A DNA stretch of 64,000 nt from Thermodesulfobacteriota bacterium (GTDB lineage: Bacteria; Desulfobacterota; WTBG01; JAGOGO01), in the NCBI GenBank assembly GCA_026625185.1, contig CP113000.1:855161-919160 (forward strand), given 5' to 3'. A program made the translations under genes and the position numbers. Positions 11,282-21,770 of the stretch are shown in pieces. Numbering within the stretch: position 1 is the stretch's first letter; each line of letters starts with the position of its first letter. The notes under the pieces were generated by a model. The model saw only the letters and a program-made list of their open reading frames with translations. It had not been told where the DNA came from and made no database searches.

Positions 11282-12502
11282 ATGGCTGATTTTTTCCAAA
11301 ATGGTTCCATCGCCACCTTCCAGACCCTTATCAAAAGACCCTTGGAAGACATTGAACATGAGTTGAAGGGATTCGGAAAAAATAACAAGATGGTTCTTTT
11401 GTTACCAGCGCTATACTCTGAATTTGAAGGTCCTGCCATGCCGAGAATCTTGGAAGAACTCAAAAACATTAACTACCTCTATAAAATAGTGCTTTCCCTT
11501 GATCGGGCGAACAAAGCTCAATTTGAAAAGGTTAAGGAGCTAATCTCCCGACTCCCTGGAGATACAATTGTCATATGGCATGATGGCCCGAGAATGCAGG
11601 CATTATACAAAGAATTAAAAAAGGCCGGTATTTTAATAGACATGCCGGGTAAAGGAAGATCGGTATGGATGTCCTTAGGGTATATCCTTGACGATCCAGA
11701 AGTCTATGCCATTGGATTGCATGATTGTGATATTGTGAACTACAAGAGAGAAATTGTGGCTAAGCTCTTTTACCCCATTGTTCACCCGGCATTAGACTTC
11801 GAATTTAGCAAGGGTTATTACGCCCGGGTAACAAAAAAACTTTACGGAAGAGTTACGAGACTTTTTTATACCCCTTTAATCAGATCATTAAAAAAAATCG
11901 TTGGATTTCACCCATTCTTGGAATACTTAGATAGTTTTCGATTCGCCTTAGCCGGGGAGTTTGCGTTTTTGGCAATTTTAGCCCGCGGAATACGGATATC
12001 TCCAACCTGGGGCCTTGAGGTTTCAATGCTTAGTGAAGTTTATACAAAAACTTCTGTTAATAGAGTAGCGCAGGTTGAGATCATCGATACCTATGAACAC
12101 AAACATCAGGTAATAAAAATAAAAAATAATACCGAATCGGGGCTATTAAAAATGGCGACTGACATAGGAAAAACGTTATTTCGCGTTCTTAGCCAAGATG
12201 GAATTGAAATGAGCGATGCTTTCTTTCGAACCGTGTTAACTACCTACATTCAGGAAGCTTGGTTTGCCATTGAAAAATATAATGGGTTGGCGATGCTGAA
12301 TGGCTTGAATTATGATCGCCATGCAGAAATTGAAGCCATCGAGGCATTTGTGGGAACTCTTAAGAAAGGAATAAGTGAGTTTAAAAAAGATCCGGTAGGA
12401 ATCCCTATGCTGTCGGCCTGGGTAAGAATCAATGCCGCCTTACCTGATTTTTCACAGAGAATTGCGGGAGCCGTGGGATTAGACAATAAACCAAACGATT
12501 GA
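11282..12502 (+). CDS. Glucosyl/mannosyl-3-phosphoglycerate synthase family glycosyltransferase (GpgS-like, GT81)
   Basis: PGKGRSVWMSLGYILDDPEVYAIGLHDCD, KGYYAR and GRVTRLFYTPLI align with GpgS PGKGEVLWRSLA...FIDSDL...KGFYRR...GRVTELVARPLL. Confidence 0.6.
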   Translation: MADFFQNGSIATFQTLIKRPLEDIEHELKGFGKNNKMVLLLPALYSEFEGPAMPRILEELKNINYLYKIVLSLDRANKAQFEKVKELISRLPGDTIVIWHDGPRMQALYKELKKAGILIDMPGKGRSVWMSLGYILDDPEVYAIGLHDCDIVNYKREIVAKLFYPIVHPALDFEFSKGYYARVTKKLYGRVTRLFYTPLIRSLKKIVGFHPFLEYLDSFRFALAGEFAFLAILARGIRISPTWGLEVSMLSEVYTKTSVNRVAQVEIIDTYEHKHQVIKIKNNTESGLLKMATDIGKTLFRVLSQDGIEMSDAFFRTVLTTYIQEAWFAIEKYNGLAMLNGLNYDRHAEIEAIEAFVGTLKKGISEFKKDPVGIPMLSAWVRINAALPDFSQRIAGAVGLDNKPND

Positions 12503-12525
12503 CCGAAAGATTTTCTGCGGTCCGG

Positions 12526-14322
12526 TTATTGCTCGCTTTTCCTTCTCATAATTTCCTGATTATAGGCCTGACTTAAGTCGTCATGTCGCAATACCCCCAA
12601 GACCTGATTGGGCTTTTCTTCTGAATTTACGACTAAAAGTTCTTCCTGGTTAGTTTTTAAAAACTTCAGCAGTGCCTCGTAGAGATTGTTTTCCGGGGCC
12701 AAAGTCTCGGCGGGAATCATCAAGTCTTCAGCAATAAGCAGCTGCTCAAGTCCCACCTCAAAGACAATCGGACGGGCATGCTGCCAGTTGATGCACCCAA
12801 TTAATTCCCCTTTCTCATCACTAACTGGGAAACACCGCTCGGTTGATTCAGCAAAAACTTTTTTCAGTTCCCCATAAGGGGCTTTTTTTGAGATGGGGTG
12901 TATATTTTTAGGCTTATATATTTCTTTCACCTTCATCTCAGCCAAGACATTAATGGTGAAGTCCCCGACATGTGCTGGGGATTGGAGCCGACTTTCTACC
13001 TGTTTTTGGTAAATGGAATATTTTTTGTTAAAAAGGATCGCCATAAAGGAAACGAGCATAAGGGGAGCGATAAGGCCATAACCTTGCGTCATCTCCGAAC
13101 ACATCAGAAGCGAACCGATCGGGGCGTGGGCTACTCCCGCAAAAAACGATGCCATCCCTACCACAACAAAAGCACCCGGATGAGATACGATTGCCGGATA
13201 AAAATGGTGGGCAATAAACCCAACCATTCCCCCAATCATCCCGCCAATAAAAAGAGTTGGGCCAAAAACCCCTCCAGAGCCGCCAGAAGAAATGGTGAAG
13301 CTGGTGGCAAAAATTTTCATAAAAATGAGAAGGACCATTATTCCAATGACCAATTTGCCCAGGATAGCCAGTTGAATCCAACCCCACCCATCTCCGTAAA
13401 CCTGAGGGTAGAGTAACCCAATTATCCCAACCCCTAATCCACCCAGCATCGGCTTAAAACATCGTGGTATTTGAAAAGAATCAAAAAGGGTTTTCATCCC
13501 ATAAAAAATTTTTACGTAAAAAACTCCAATAGGAATACAGATCATTCCCAATAATAAATAAAAAATTAATTCTTTTGGATTTGAAAATGTGTAGTTAAGA
13601 AAGTAAAAAATGGGTTGAGAACCAAAAAAAACAGTAAAAATGATGTACGCAGTAATTGAACTAATAATGGTCGGTATCAGGGCTTCAGTTTCGAAATCCC
13701 GGCGATAAAGAACTTCAATGGAGGTGAGCGCCCCTCCGAGCGGAGCTCTAAAAATAGCTGAAAGACCCCCTCCGCAATTAGCTAACAGCAAAATTCTCCG
13801 CTCCTTATCACTGAGACCTAATAAAGTGGCAATCTTTGAGCCAATGCCGGCACCAATTTGGGCAATCGGTCCTTCCCTTCCTGCACTTCCGCCACCGGAC
13901 AGGGTAAGAAGGGTGGCAATTCCCTTTATTAAGGGCACCCGGCCGCGGATAATTCCTTTTTTATTGTGAAAAGCATCAATCATGGCGTCAGTTCCATGGC
14001 CTTCAGCCTCAGGAGCAAAGCGGTAAACGATCAGACCGCTTAATAATCCTGCAACTACAGGAAGAAGAAAAAAAATCCACTGGTGAAAGTGAAGGTTCGT
14101 GCTGCTTTCTAAAATCCGTTCTCCTTCAGGCGCCGGGGAGGCAAAACCAGCAAGAACATGCATGGTAAAGTGTTTACCCAGTTGGAGAAGATAAAAAAAA
14201 CCCACTGCGGTCAATCCTGACAACACCCCGATGAAGATACCCAATATCAGCCATCGGGAGACATTTTCCGGGGAAAAAAGTTGTGACCAATTATTGATTG
14301 CCTTTTTCAGTGTAGTTTTCAT
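12526..14322 (-). CDS. ClC family chloride channel / Cl-/H+ antiporter with a C-terminal CBS pair
   Basis: The product has the GREGP and GGVFGP ClC motifs and a CBS tail. Confidence 0.85.
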   Translation of the reverse strand: MKTTLKKAINNWSQLFSPENVSRWLILGIFIGVLSGLTAVGFFYLLQLGKHFTMHVLAGFASPAPEGERILESSTNLHFHQWIFFLLPVVAGLLSGLIVYRFAPEAEGHGTDAMIDAFHNKKGIIRGRVPLIKGIATLLTLSGGGSAGREGPIAQIGAGIGSKIATLLGLSDKERRILLLANCGGGLSAIFRAPLGGALTSIEVLYRRDFETEALIPTIISSITAYIIFTVFFGSQPIFYFLNYTFSNPKELIFYLLLGMICIPIGVFYVKIFYGMKTLFDSFQIPRCFKPMLGGLGVGIIGLLYPQVYGDGWGWIQLAILGKLVIGIMVLLIFMKIFATSFTISSGGSGGVFGPTLFIGGMIGGMVGFIAHHFYPAIVSHPGAFVVVGMASFFAGVAHAPIGSLLMCSEMTQGYGLIAPLMLVSFMAILFNKKYSIYQKQVESRLQSPAHVGDFTINVLAEMKVKEIYKPKNIHPISKKAPYGELKKVFAESTERCFPVSDEKGELIGCINWQHARPIVFEVGLEQLLIAEDLMIPAETLAPENNLYEALLKFLKTNQEELLVVNSEEKPNQVLGVLRHDDLSQAYNQEIMRRKSEQ

Positions 14323-14424
14323 AATTCGTATTTCTGTTTATTGTTTTTGGAAATAATACTAACCCAGATGGGAGTGTCAGAAAAAACAAGTTCGTTGAGA
14401 TAATAATCTTACAGTGCCCGCCTT

Positions 14425-15465
14425 TCACTTAGCCTTTTCTTGCATATATACTGTTCTTATCGGAAAAGGAATTTCTATGCCTTCTTTCCTGAAACGTTGA
14501 TGGAGCCTTTTTACAAACTCATGTTTTATTAAGTATTGATCTACCACTTCTTTTGCCCGGAGAATCACCGAAAAATTGATGCTAAAGTCAGCAAACGTAT
14601 GGTAACGAATAAATGGTTCAAATTCCGGGACACCTCCCTGAACCTCACGCATGGTTTCCTTCCCTACCTCAATAGTTGTTTTCTCAACTTTTTCCAGGTC
14701 ACTGTCATAACTCACGCCAACCTGGATAAGCACCGCCATTTCCTTTTCCGGGGAATAATAATTGGTAACAATAGTTGAGGCGAGTTTAGCGTTCGGAATG
14801 ACTATCATGTTGTTGGGAAGCGCCCTGATGGTGGTATTTCTCCAGGTTATATCCATCACGTACCCTTCTTCACCGCTCTCGACCTTCACATAATCGCCGA
14901 TTCTCAATTTTCTGGAGGCAATAATATGAATCCCTGCAAAAAGATTGGAAAGGGTATCTTGAAGGGCAAGCGCAACCGCCAGCCCGCCAACTCCTAAAGC
15001 CGTAAGCAGAGGGGTAATCGAAATTCCCAAAGACTGAAGAATGATAAGGATACCGAGGAAAAAAACCAGAAACTTAATGAGATTGGAACATATTGAAGTC
15101 GAAACAAAAACCCCACCCACCTTTTCACTATAGAGATTTACAAACCCAATGGCAATTCTTGCTAAAACCACGGTACCGGAAAAAATAACCGAGATCAGCA
15201 AGACCTTATGAATAATACTTAAAAGGGTTGGGTTTATCGCGATATTGTGGATTGCGCCATAGAGACCAGCAATAAAAAACCAAAAAATCAGCATCTTGTG
15301 GATTGCATGAATGATAACCTCATCACCTTTCCACTTTGTTTTGTGAGCGATTGTTTTAATTTTTTTAAGAATGATTTTTTCAAAGATCACCCCCAAAAGC
15401 AACCCACCAACAAGAAACCCTAATGATACAGCTATGTTTTTAATAAGATAAAATTCACTTTCCAT
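14425..15465 (-). CDS. Mechanosensitive ion channel, MscS family
   Basis: The product has the MscS fold pattern, including TM3 and the beta-domain. Confidence 0.8.
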   Translation of the reverse strand: MESEFYLIKNIAVSLGFLVGGLLLGVIFEKIILKKIKTIAHKTKWKGDEVIIHAIHKMLIFWFFIAGLYGAIHNIAINPTLLSIIHKVLLISVIFSGTVVLARIAIGFVNLYSEKVGGVFVSTSICSNLIKFLVFFLGILIILQSLGISITPLLTALGVGGLAVALALQDTLSNLFAGIHIIASRKLRIGDYVKVESGEEGYVMDITWRNTTIRALPNNMIVIPNAKLASTIVTNYYSPEKEMAVLIQVGVSYDSDLEKVEKTTIEVGKETMREVQGGVPEFEPFIRYHTFADFSINFSVILRAKEVVDQYLIKHEFVKRLHQRFRKEGIEIPFPIRTVYMQEKAK

Positions 15466-15845
15466 TTACTATCCTTTTTTAAAATTTTAAAAATTTATAG
15501 ACACCTCTAAAGATAGTCCTTTTTTGCAAAATCAAGTTCATATGGGTGAAAGTGAATTAAAAAACATAATGCTCTGGGCGATGATGAACATTTTCAGTGT
15601 TTCAATCATGGTTAGGCAATTTCATGCCACCTTGTAGAGGGTGAAGAAATCGGCCTTCATGCATGGTTCGGCACACACGTATCCTGTCATGCCAAATGCT
15701 TTCTCAGGCGGTGCAACTTGAATTTGATTCCACCTAACTCTGCCCCTCTTCCTCTTATAGATCGAGCGGGTTTTTTGTTTTCTTTGATATCGAAAACAAC
15801 TTACACTTTTACAAATAAGAAGGGCGCTGGTTTCCCTATGTATGT

Positions 15846-16703
15846 CTATCTTTTCTGTAAATCACCGACGCCTATAAATGGCACTGCCCCACTACCAGTA
15901 ACCTGCGGGAGTATCCCGTTCCATTTATCTATAGCCTTGAGATTTGCCTCTATCTTTCTAAGCTCAATAAGGTCTGGTGAAATATTTTCTTTCTGCAGCT
16001 TTAAGGACTCTGCCTCTGCCTTTGCTGCTGTAATCTTCTGTTCTGCCTCTATCTTTACCCTCTCCAAGTCCCTGGTTGCCTTCAGGGCAAGCTGTTCTGC
16101 TGTCTGCTTTGACTCAATGGCTTCCATAAATATCTTGGAGAAGCTGAAACCGACGATAGAGAATGCATCAACTGCTATATTATTCGCTATGAGCCTTTCA
16201 GTAAGATTTAATTTCATTGCATCGCTTACCGCTGCCCTCTTTGTGATAAGCTCTTCTGCGGTGTACCTTGCTGTCACGGCCTTTACTACCTCCTGGACTG
16301 CAGGGTCTATGATTCGCTCTTTAAACTCTATGCCGAGGGACTGATAGACAATATTTGCCTTATCAGGCACTATGTGATAGTTAATTGCAACAGTAGAGCT
16401 TACATCCTGAAGGTTGGATGATGCGGCGGCTGCATTTGTCTCTGCTTTCTGAACCTTAACATCCATTGTTACAACCCTCTGCATTATAGGCACCCTGAAA
16501 TGAAGTCCCTCTCCAAGTACAACCTTTTGGACAGCACCAAAATTAAGGACAACCCCTCTTTCGCCTGCCCCAATCTGAACCCATGGATGTAAAAACAGGA
16601 AAAACACCAGAATTGCCCCAATAATTATTACCAACCTCATGGGTACTTGATTTATTGCAGAATGCATTGCCTCCTTGGCTCTGTAAACATCTCTTTCATC
16701 CAT
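15846..16703 (-). CDS. SPFH/band-7 (prohibitin/stomatin-like) membrane protein
   Basis: The product has an N-terminal TM helix and an SPFH domain followed by coiled-coil. Confidence 0.8.
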   Translation of the reverse strand: MDERDVYRAKEAMHSAINQVPMRLVIIIGAILVFFLFLHPWVQIGAGERGVVLNFGAVQKVVLGEGLHFRVPIMQRVVTMDVKVQKAETNAAAASSNLQDVSSTVAINYHIVPDKANIVYQSLGIEFKERIIDPAVQEVVKAVTARYTAEELITKRAAVSDAMKLNLTERLIANNIAVDAFSIVGFSFSKIFMEAIESKQTAEQLALKATRDLERVKIEAEQKITAAKAEAESLKLQKENISPDLIELRKIEANLKAIDKWNGILPQVTGSGAVPFIGVGDLQKR

Positions 16704-16788
16704 TATGTTACCTCCTTTTTAGTTTAGCGGCTGCCAGGCAACTGCTTTAATAAAATACATTAACCGGCATTCTCCATATCAAAATAAT

Positions 16789-18027
16789 TTATACTAAAAT
16801 TGTATGGGTTTTCCCTTTGCGCAGAAGAAAAAGAATCAACGTAAGGTATTCACGAAGGTGCCGGGTCAAAAGAAAATTTTCCCGGACAAATTCTTGAGCT
16901 GTTTTTCCCATTTCTTTCATCCTGCCGGGGTGATGAAGAAGAAAACGAATCCAATGAGCAGCTCCTTCCGGGGTATTAACAAGAAATCCGGTATGATTAT
17001 CAATGACCTGGCGTTGAATGCCGCCAACATCGCCCCCAATCACCGGCTTCCCTTTCCATAGCCCTTCGGTAACGGTTAGGCCAAAACCCTCTTTGGTAGA
17101 CTTCTGGATAATGATATCTGCCAATCTTTGTAGCGCATTGATCGTACGGTGAGCATTTGGGGGTAAAAGAAGTATATGAATATCAGGATCATTTTCCGCC
17201 GCTTCTAACACCTCCTCCATGACCTCTTTTCCTTCCGGGTCATCGCTTGCTCCTCCTCCGGCAAGAACAAGCTGAGCCGGGATTATCTTACGAACCAGCC
17301 GGTACGCCTGTATTACTCCAATCGGATCCTTAAACCGGTCAAACCGTGATATCTGGACAAGCAGGGGGCGCTGCAGGTCAAGATCGTATTCAGCGCGCAC
17401 CGATTCTAATTCGAGTGGGGTTAATTCAATATTTTTATCACTGAGAGGGTCAATACTTGGTGCCACAAGAAACTGGTCATGAGGTAATGGCTGGGCGAAT
17501 TGATTCATAGAAAAAATACTGGCATCAAACTTTTCCACAAATGGTTTGAGGGCTTTCCACACCGGCCGGAAAGGATGGCTGATATCAATATGAGCGCGCC
17601 AGATCCATTTGCCTTTCCGCTCAGGGCAGAGGCTTAAAAGCGGAGCGGGTTGGGGATCATGGATTACCACAATATCGGCCTCAGTTAAAATTTCCTTCAG
17701 TTCCTGAAAATTCTGCGCATTTATTTCAAAATAAGTGTCCCAATCCTTTTTTTTAATTACCACGGGTTCTCCTTGCAGGCCGTTATGGATCGATTTCGTT
17801 ATCGTGAAAAACTCCGTGTTCCCTTTGATCACTTCCCAACAAGTATCAATCCCGATATCTTGCATCAGCGGAACCATCCACATGAGGATCTCAGCAACGC
17901 CGCCGCCTTCCCGGGTTGAATTGATATGCACCACACGAGTGTCTTTAAGCTTTTCTCCTAACCGGCAAAGCTGCTGGATGACTGAAGGACCAACAATATT
18001 TTCGTAAGCCTCCAAGGATAATTTCAT
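16789..18027 (-). CDS. GT4 glycosyltransferase, trehalose synthase (TreT)-like
   Basis: The N-terminal NSTREGGGVAEIL...FFTITKSIHNGLQG matches the TreT_GTB pattern. Confidence 0.55.
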   Translation of the reverse strand: MKLSLEAYENIVGPSVIQQLCRLGEKLKDTRVVHINSTREGGGVAEILMWMVPLMQDIGIDTCWEVIKGNTEFFTITKSIHNGLQGEPVVIKKKDWDTYFEINAQNFQELKEILTEADIVVIHDPQPAPLLSLCPERKGKWIWRAHIDISHPFRPVWKALKPFVEKFDASIFSMNQFAQPLPHDQFLVAPSIDPLSDKNIELTPLELESVRAEYDLDLQRPLLVQISRFDRFKDPIGVIQAYRLVRKIIPAQLVLAGGGASDDPEGKEVMEEVLEAAENDPDIHILLLPPNAHRTINALQRLADIIIQKSTKEGFGLTVTEGLWKGKPVIGGDVGGIQRQVIDNHTGFLVNTPEGAAHWIRFLLHHPGRMKEMGKTAQEFVRENFLLTRHLREYLTLILFLLRKGKTHTILV

Positions 18028-18743
18028 GGCCTTTTCCTTTTTTTTCCCTGAATCAATTTAAGCGCTTTGACTAAATTTTTTTGAAGTTCAGGCAAGGTAT
18101 AGAAGGTTACATCAATAGAGGTTATAGCGTGGATATACTGACTCCAATCACCTTCAAAGTTTTGCAGCCAGGCGGAAAAGTCATCAAGCCCGATGGGCGG
18201 ACGTCGTCTCGCCTCCAGTACGTGAAAATAAATACTTCCGCTGGTCATCCGACTGATGGCGGAATCGAGTTCATCAGGATGGTGAATTCTTTCTCCGGTG
18301 TCAAAAACCACGGTGATCGCTTTCATAAAATAAAACTCATGTCCAGCTCGGGCCCAAGGAACCATCGAAAGCTCACTTAACCGCTCTTCAATGATTTCGA
18401 GGGTTGCTGTTCTGAGATCCTCTGTAGAAGAATAAGCATAAGGGTCAATGATTCCTAATCGTTCTGCCAGGATCTCATCGCCCAAGCTATGTTTTGCCCA
18501 GACCGCAAAGTGATTGCGATAGTCAGGATAATCAAAAGAAGGAGCAAGGGTGGTTTCGCAAAAATGGTGGTAAATAACATCAGGGTGACACATGGCGATT
18601 CGGTCGCGTAACTCCCGAAGGTTTAAAGCTGGCGGCAAACCGCTCATTCTTGTCAAAAGCACGCAATCTTTAACTTCAAACTCATTCACGGCAATCTCCT
18701 TTTCCTCCTTTAAGGCCTGCGAGTTTACAGATCTCTTGGGCAA
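18024..18743 (-). CDS. Hypothetical protein in the trehalose operon (the start may be internal, at Met33 near 18647)
   Basis: The 239-aa ORF has no recognised motifs. It overlaps the 3' end of the upstream HAD-like fragment. Confidence 0.45.
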   Translation of the reverse strand: MPKRSVNSQALKEEKEIAVNEFEVKDCVLLTRMSGLPPALNLRELRDRIAMCHPDVIYHHFCETTLAPSFDYPDYRNHFAVWAKHSLGDEILAERLGIIDPYAYSSTEDLRTATLEIIEERLSELSMVPWARAGHEFYFMKAITVVFDTGERIHHPDELDSAISRMTSGSIYFHVLEARRRPPIGLDDFSAWLQNFEGDWSQYIHAITSIDVTFYTLPELQKNLVKALKLIQGKKRKRP

Positions 18744-18963
18744 GGAACAAAGAACTCCTTACTACCCTAGATCCTGAAATAAGGGAGTGCTCCCCCACCG
18801 CAAAGGCAAGTCCCCCAAGCTCCAGGATGAATTTCATTGCCAGAGCCTGAAGAAGTTCCTTGCACGCTGGTTCGATGGTCGCCTTTTCCCGATCGGAAAC
18901 CATGAGCGACAAAGTTCCATCAACGTCAAAAACCCAGAGTGTTTGTTTAAATCCCCTTATCAT
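18682..18963 (-). pseudogene. Truncated HAD-family phosphatase N-terminus (trehalose- or glycosyl-phosphoglycerate phosphatase-like remnant)
   Basis: The 93-aa ORF starts at HAD motif I (VFDVDGTLS) followed by ELLQALA, like OtsB/MpgP N-termini. It lacks motifs III and IV. Confidence 0.3.
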
Positions 18964-18977
18964 AATTTTCTTACGAT

Positions 18978-21770
18978 TTAATTCCTCAGTTTACTCACAA
19001 GCAAAGCAACTGGAAACTCTGTTAAAACACTTCCTACTTTTAACATTGAAGTATCTCTCAATGTCTGCCCCGTGATTTTTTCTTCCCAGGATAAAGGTGC
19101 ATTTTCCGGTAAAATTATCCTAGTGTCCGCCCACATCTCCTCGTCAAACGGATAAGCCCCTTCTTCGATCAGTTTCGTTAAAAATCTTGGCGCTATGGTA
19201 ATAATCCATGTGCCTTCGTGCGCTCGAAGATACGCTATAACACACGCTTTGAATTTTCCTTCCGCTCGCAGGGGAAGATAAGCTCCTTTTTCAAAGGCCA
19301 TCATGTTTTCTTTGCGCGCCCTTAATGCTCGATAAATGAGAAAGAGCTTTATTCTTCCATCCTCTTTGTTTGCCAATAATTCTTTCGTCAGACCCAAAAC
19401 ATCCTGTCTTTCTTTTGTTATGATATCTTGAAGTATTTTTTTTCTCTTTTCAAAATCAACGGGCTGGCGATTATCCGGGTCAACCAGATTTAAATCCCAC
19501 AACTCTGTCCCTTGATAAAAATCCGGCACCCCGGGGCTGGTGATTTTAAGGAGCGCTTGTGATAAAGAATTAAACATACCATTGAAGGCTATTTTTTTTT
19601 GAAACAACAAAAACTCTTTAAGAAAGAAATTTTCACCTGAAGGAGTTAGAATATCATTAATAAAAGATATGCAGGCCTCTTCATACTCTGTATCCGGCTT
19701 TACCCATCCGGTATGAACTTTAGCTTCCCTCACTGCTTTTATTATATAACTTTTCATTCTCGCGGTAAAGCCTTCTCCGCAATCATTAAACGGAAAAACA
19801 CCTAAAAGCGTTTGATACAAAAAGTACTCATCATTCTCATCAGGAGCATAGCCCCGGTCAAGCTTTCTTTTTTTATGCCGATTAATTTTTCTCCAACTTT
19901 TTACTTTTTCTTCCCATTCCTGGGGAATTTCTGACAAAACATTAATCCGCGCCCGGGCATCTTCGCCTCTCTTGGTGTCATGCGTTGAGGTGGCATTCAA
20001 TGAGTGGGGAAGTGCCTCAATTCTTTTCTGGTTAAAATTATGGAACTCTTCGATTGAGCATCCAAATTTGATTGGGTTACTCCCAACCTCGTTAAGTGAT
20101 ATGAGTCGATTGTACACATAGAAAAAAGTATCCTCGAATGCTTTCGCCATAAGAGGTCCAGTGTATTGTTGGAAATAGAGAGCAAACTGCATCCACTCCT
20201 TTTTATCATCCTCGGTGAGCGAGGCGTCATAACGCTGGAGAAGAAATTTTTCGATAAAATTGAGTTCGTAAAAAAGACCCGGACTTTTTCCCTTAGCCTC
20301 GTGGATCGCAGTTTTAATATACGCGCGATCACGTTCCGTAAACGATTCTGGGCTGATGTAAGTTCGATACACCGGAAACATTGCCATGACTTCAACCAAA
20401 GCCCTCCGGAGGCCATAAAGGGTCATATCTCTTCCGTAGCGGTCTTTGCTGGAGATTTTTTTCATGAAATGAGCAAGGTTATCTATGTTTCCCGCAAAGT
20501 GTTTGCCGATGATCATCCGTTTCTTCTCGACCACCAGGTCGTCATAAGGGGTGTCGAGTCCGGTAAAATTTTCATAGATTTTAGTAAGCGCACTTCGCTT
20601 TTCTTGAGCGCAAAACACCCCGTTGACAAAATTCAAAAAATCATAGCCCGTGGTTCCTTGAATCGGCCATGAGGGAGAGGTCTGTTCATTGTCGGCTAAA
20701 ATTTTTTCGACAACAATATAGATGTCGTCTGCTTTTTCTCGCAACTTTTTGAGGTAGAGGAAGGGGTTAAAAAGGCCGTCAATGTGGTCTATCCGTAAAC
20801 CATCAAACTTTTCTTCAGCCACCAAATGAAAAATCAAATCATGGCTATATTCAAAAACCCGTTCATCCTCTACCCTTAAGGAAATGAGATCATTGACGGC
20901 AAAGAAGCGCCGGTAATTAATCTCTTCAGAAGCCACTTTCCAAAAAGCTAATCTGAAAGACTGCTCGGAAATAAGTTTATCTAAAAGATAAAAACTTTCC
21001 TGAACCCCTTTTTGCCCGTTTAAAAAGTTGATGTTTTCATTAACAAACTCTTCAATTACTTGATTTTCCTTATAGAGATTCCATAATATTTTTTTGGCAT
21101 GTTTAATCTGATATCCTGTCACCCTCGCCGAGGCGGATACTGTTTTAAGATATTTTAGCGCACCAAGGTACTTAATAAAAAGAGGCTGATCGTGAGCAAG
21201 CTTTTTTTCCAGATCATCCACGTTATGTTCAAATACCTGGACATACGACTCGATGCGCACCGGAAAGCATAAATCAAAGTAATCGATGGTCAAATGACCC
21301 CGCCGGTAGTGTAATTGAATTTCCCCCTCCTCTAAGCATTCCGCATAGACCTTGCCTAAAAACGGCGCCAGCACTCTTCCCTTTATGTCCTCATAAGGAT
21401 GGTCCCAGTCGATGTCAAAAAAATCAAAATAGTCAGATTCTCTCCCATGCTCCAACACATCCATGAGCAAATTATTTTTTGAATCAAACGCCATGTGATT
21501 AGGAACAATATCCTGGAGCCATTTTAAATTATAATTTTTTATTTCCGTTATTAATGTATCGAAATCCTTTCTACCACCTAATTCTGGGTTGAGCTGATTT
21601 GGGTCAACAATATCATAGCCATGGGTGCTCCCGGCCCGGGCTTTAAAGATCGGAGAGGCATACAAATCAGAAATCCCCAAGGAAGTCAGGTAGGGAATAA
21701 TTTCCTTTGCTTCCTTAAACCCAAAAAAGGGGTTGAATTGAAGTCTATAGGTTGCGCCCGGGATATGCAT
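18978..21770 (-). CDS. treY: Malto-oligosyltrehalose synthase (GH13)
   Basis: The N-terminal TYRLQFN...LGISDLYASPIFKARAGSTHGYDIVD is TreY-specific. Confidence 0.9.
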   Translation of the reverse strand: MHIPGATYRLQFNPFFGFKEAKEIIPYLTSLGISDLYASPIFKARAGSTHGYDIVDPNQLNPELGGRKDFDTLITEIKNYNLKWLQDIVPNHMAFDSKNNLLMDVLEHGRESDYFDFFDIDWDHPYEDIKGRVLAPFLGKVYAECLEEGEIQLHYRRGHLTIDYFDLCFPVRIESYVQVFEHNVDDLEKKLAHDQPLFIKYLGALKYLKTVSASARVTGYQIKHAKKILWNLYKENQVIEEFVNENINFLNGQKGVQESFYLLDKLISEQSFRLAFWKVASEEINYRRFFAVNDLISLRVEDERVFEYSHDLIFHLVAEEKFDGLRIDHIDGLFNPFLYLKKLREKADDIYIVVEKILADNEQTSPSWPIQGTTGYDFLNFVNGVFCAQEKRSALTKIYENFTGLDTPYDDLVVEKKRMIIGKHFAGNIDNLAHFMKKISSKDRYGRDMTLYGLRRALVEVMAMFPVYRTYISPESFTERDRAYIKTAIHEAKGKSPGLFYELNFIEKFLLQRYDASLTEDDKKEWMQFALYFQQYTGPLMAKAFEDTFFYVYNRLISLNEVGSNPIKFGCSIEEFHNFNQKRIEALPHSLNATSTHDTKRGEDARARINVLSEIPQEWEEKVKSWRKINRHKKRKLDRGYAPDENDEYFLYQTLLGVFPFNDCGEGFTARMKSYIIKAVREAKVHTGWVKPDTEYEEACISFINDILTPSGENFFLKEFLLFQKKIAFNGMFNSLSQALLKITSPGVPDFYQGTELWDLNLVDPDNRQPVDFEKRKKILQDIITKERQDVLGLTKELLANKEDGRIKLFLIYRALRARKENMMAFEKGAYLPLRAEGKFKACVIAYLRAHEGTWIITIAPRFLTKLIEEGAYPFDEEMWADTRIILPENAPLSWEEKITGQTLRDTSMLKVGSVLTEFPVALLVSKLRN

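Noticed and set aside
19997-20672. Internal and antisense ORFs within treY (139 and 168 aa), and similar ones inside clc (12898-13416), the glycerate kinase gene (10349-10702) and the SPFH/rpmE regions (15718-16344, 7388-7810)
   Set aside because: They overlap strongly supported genes in other frames or strands and have no independent signals.
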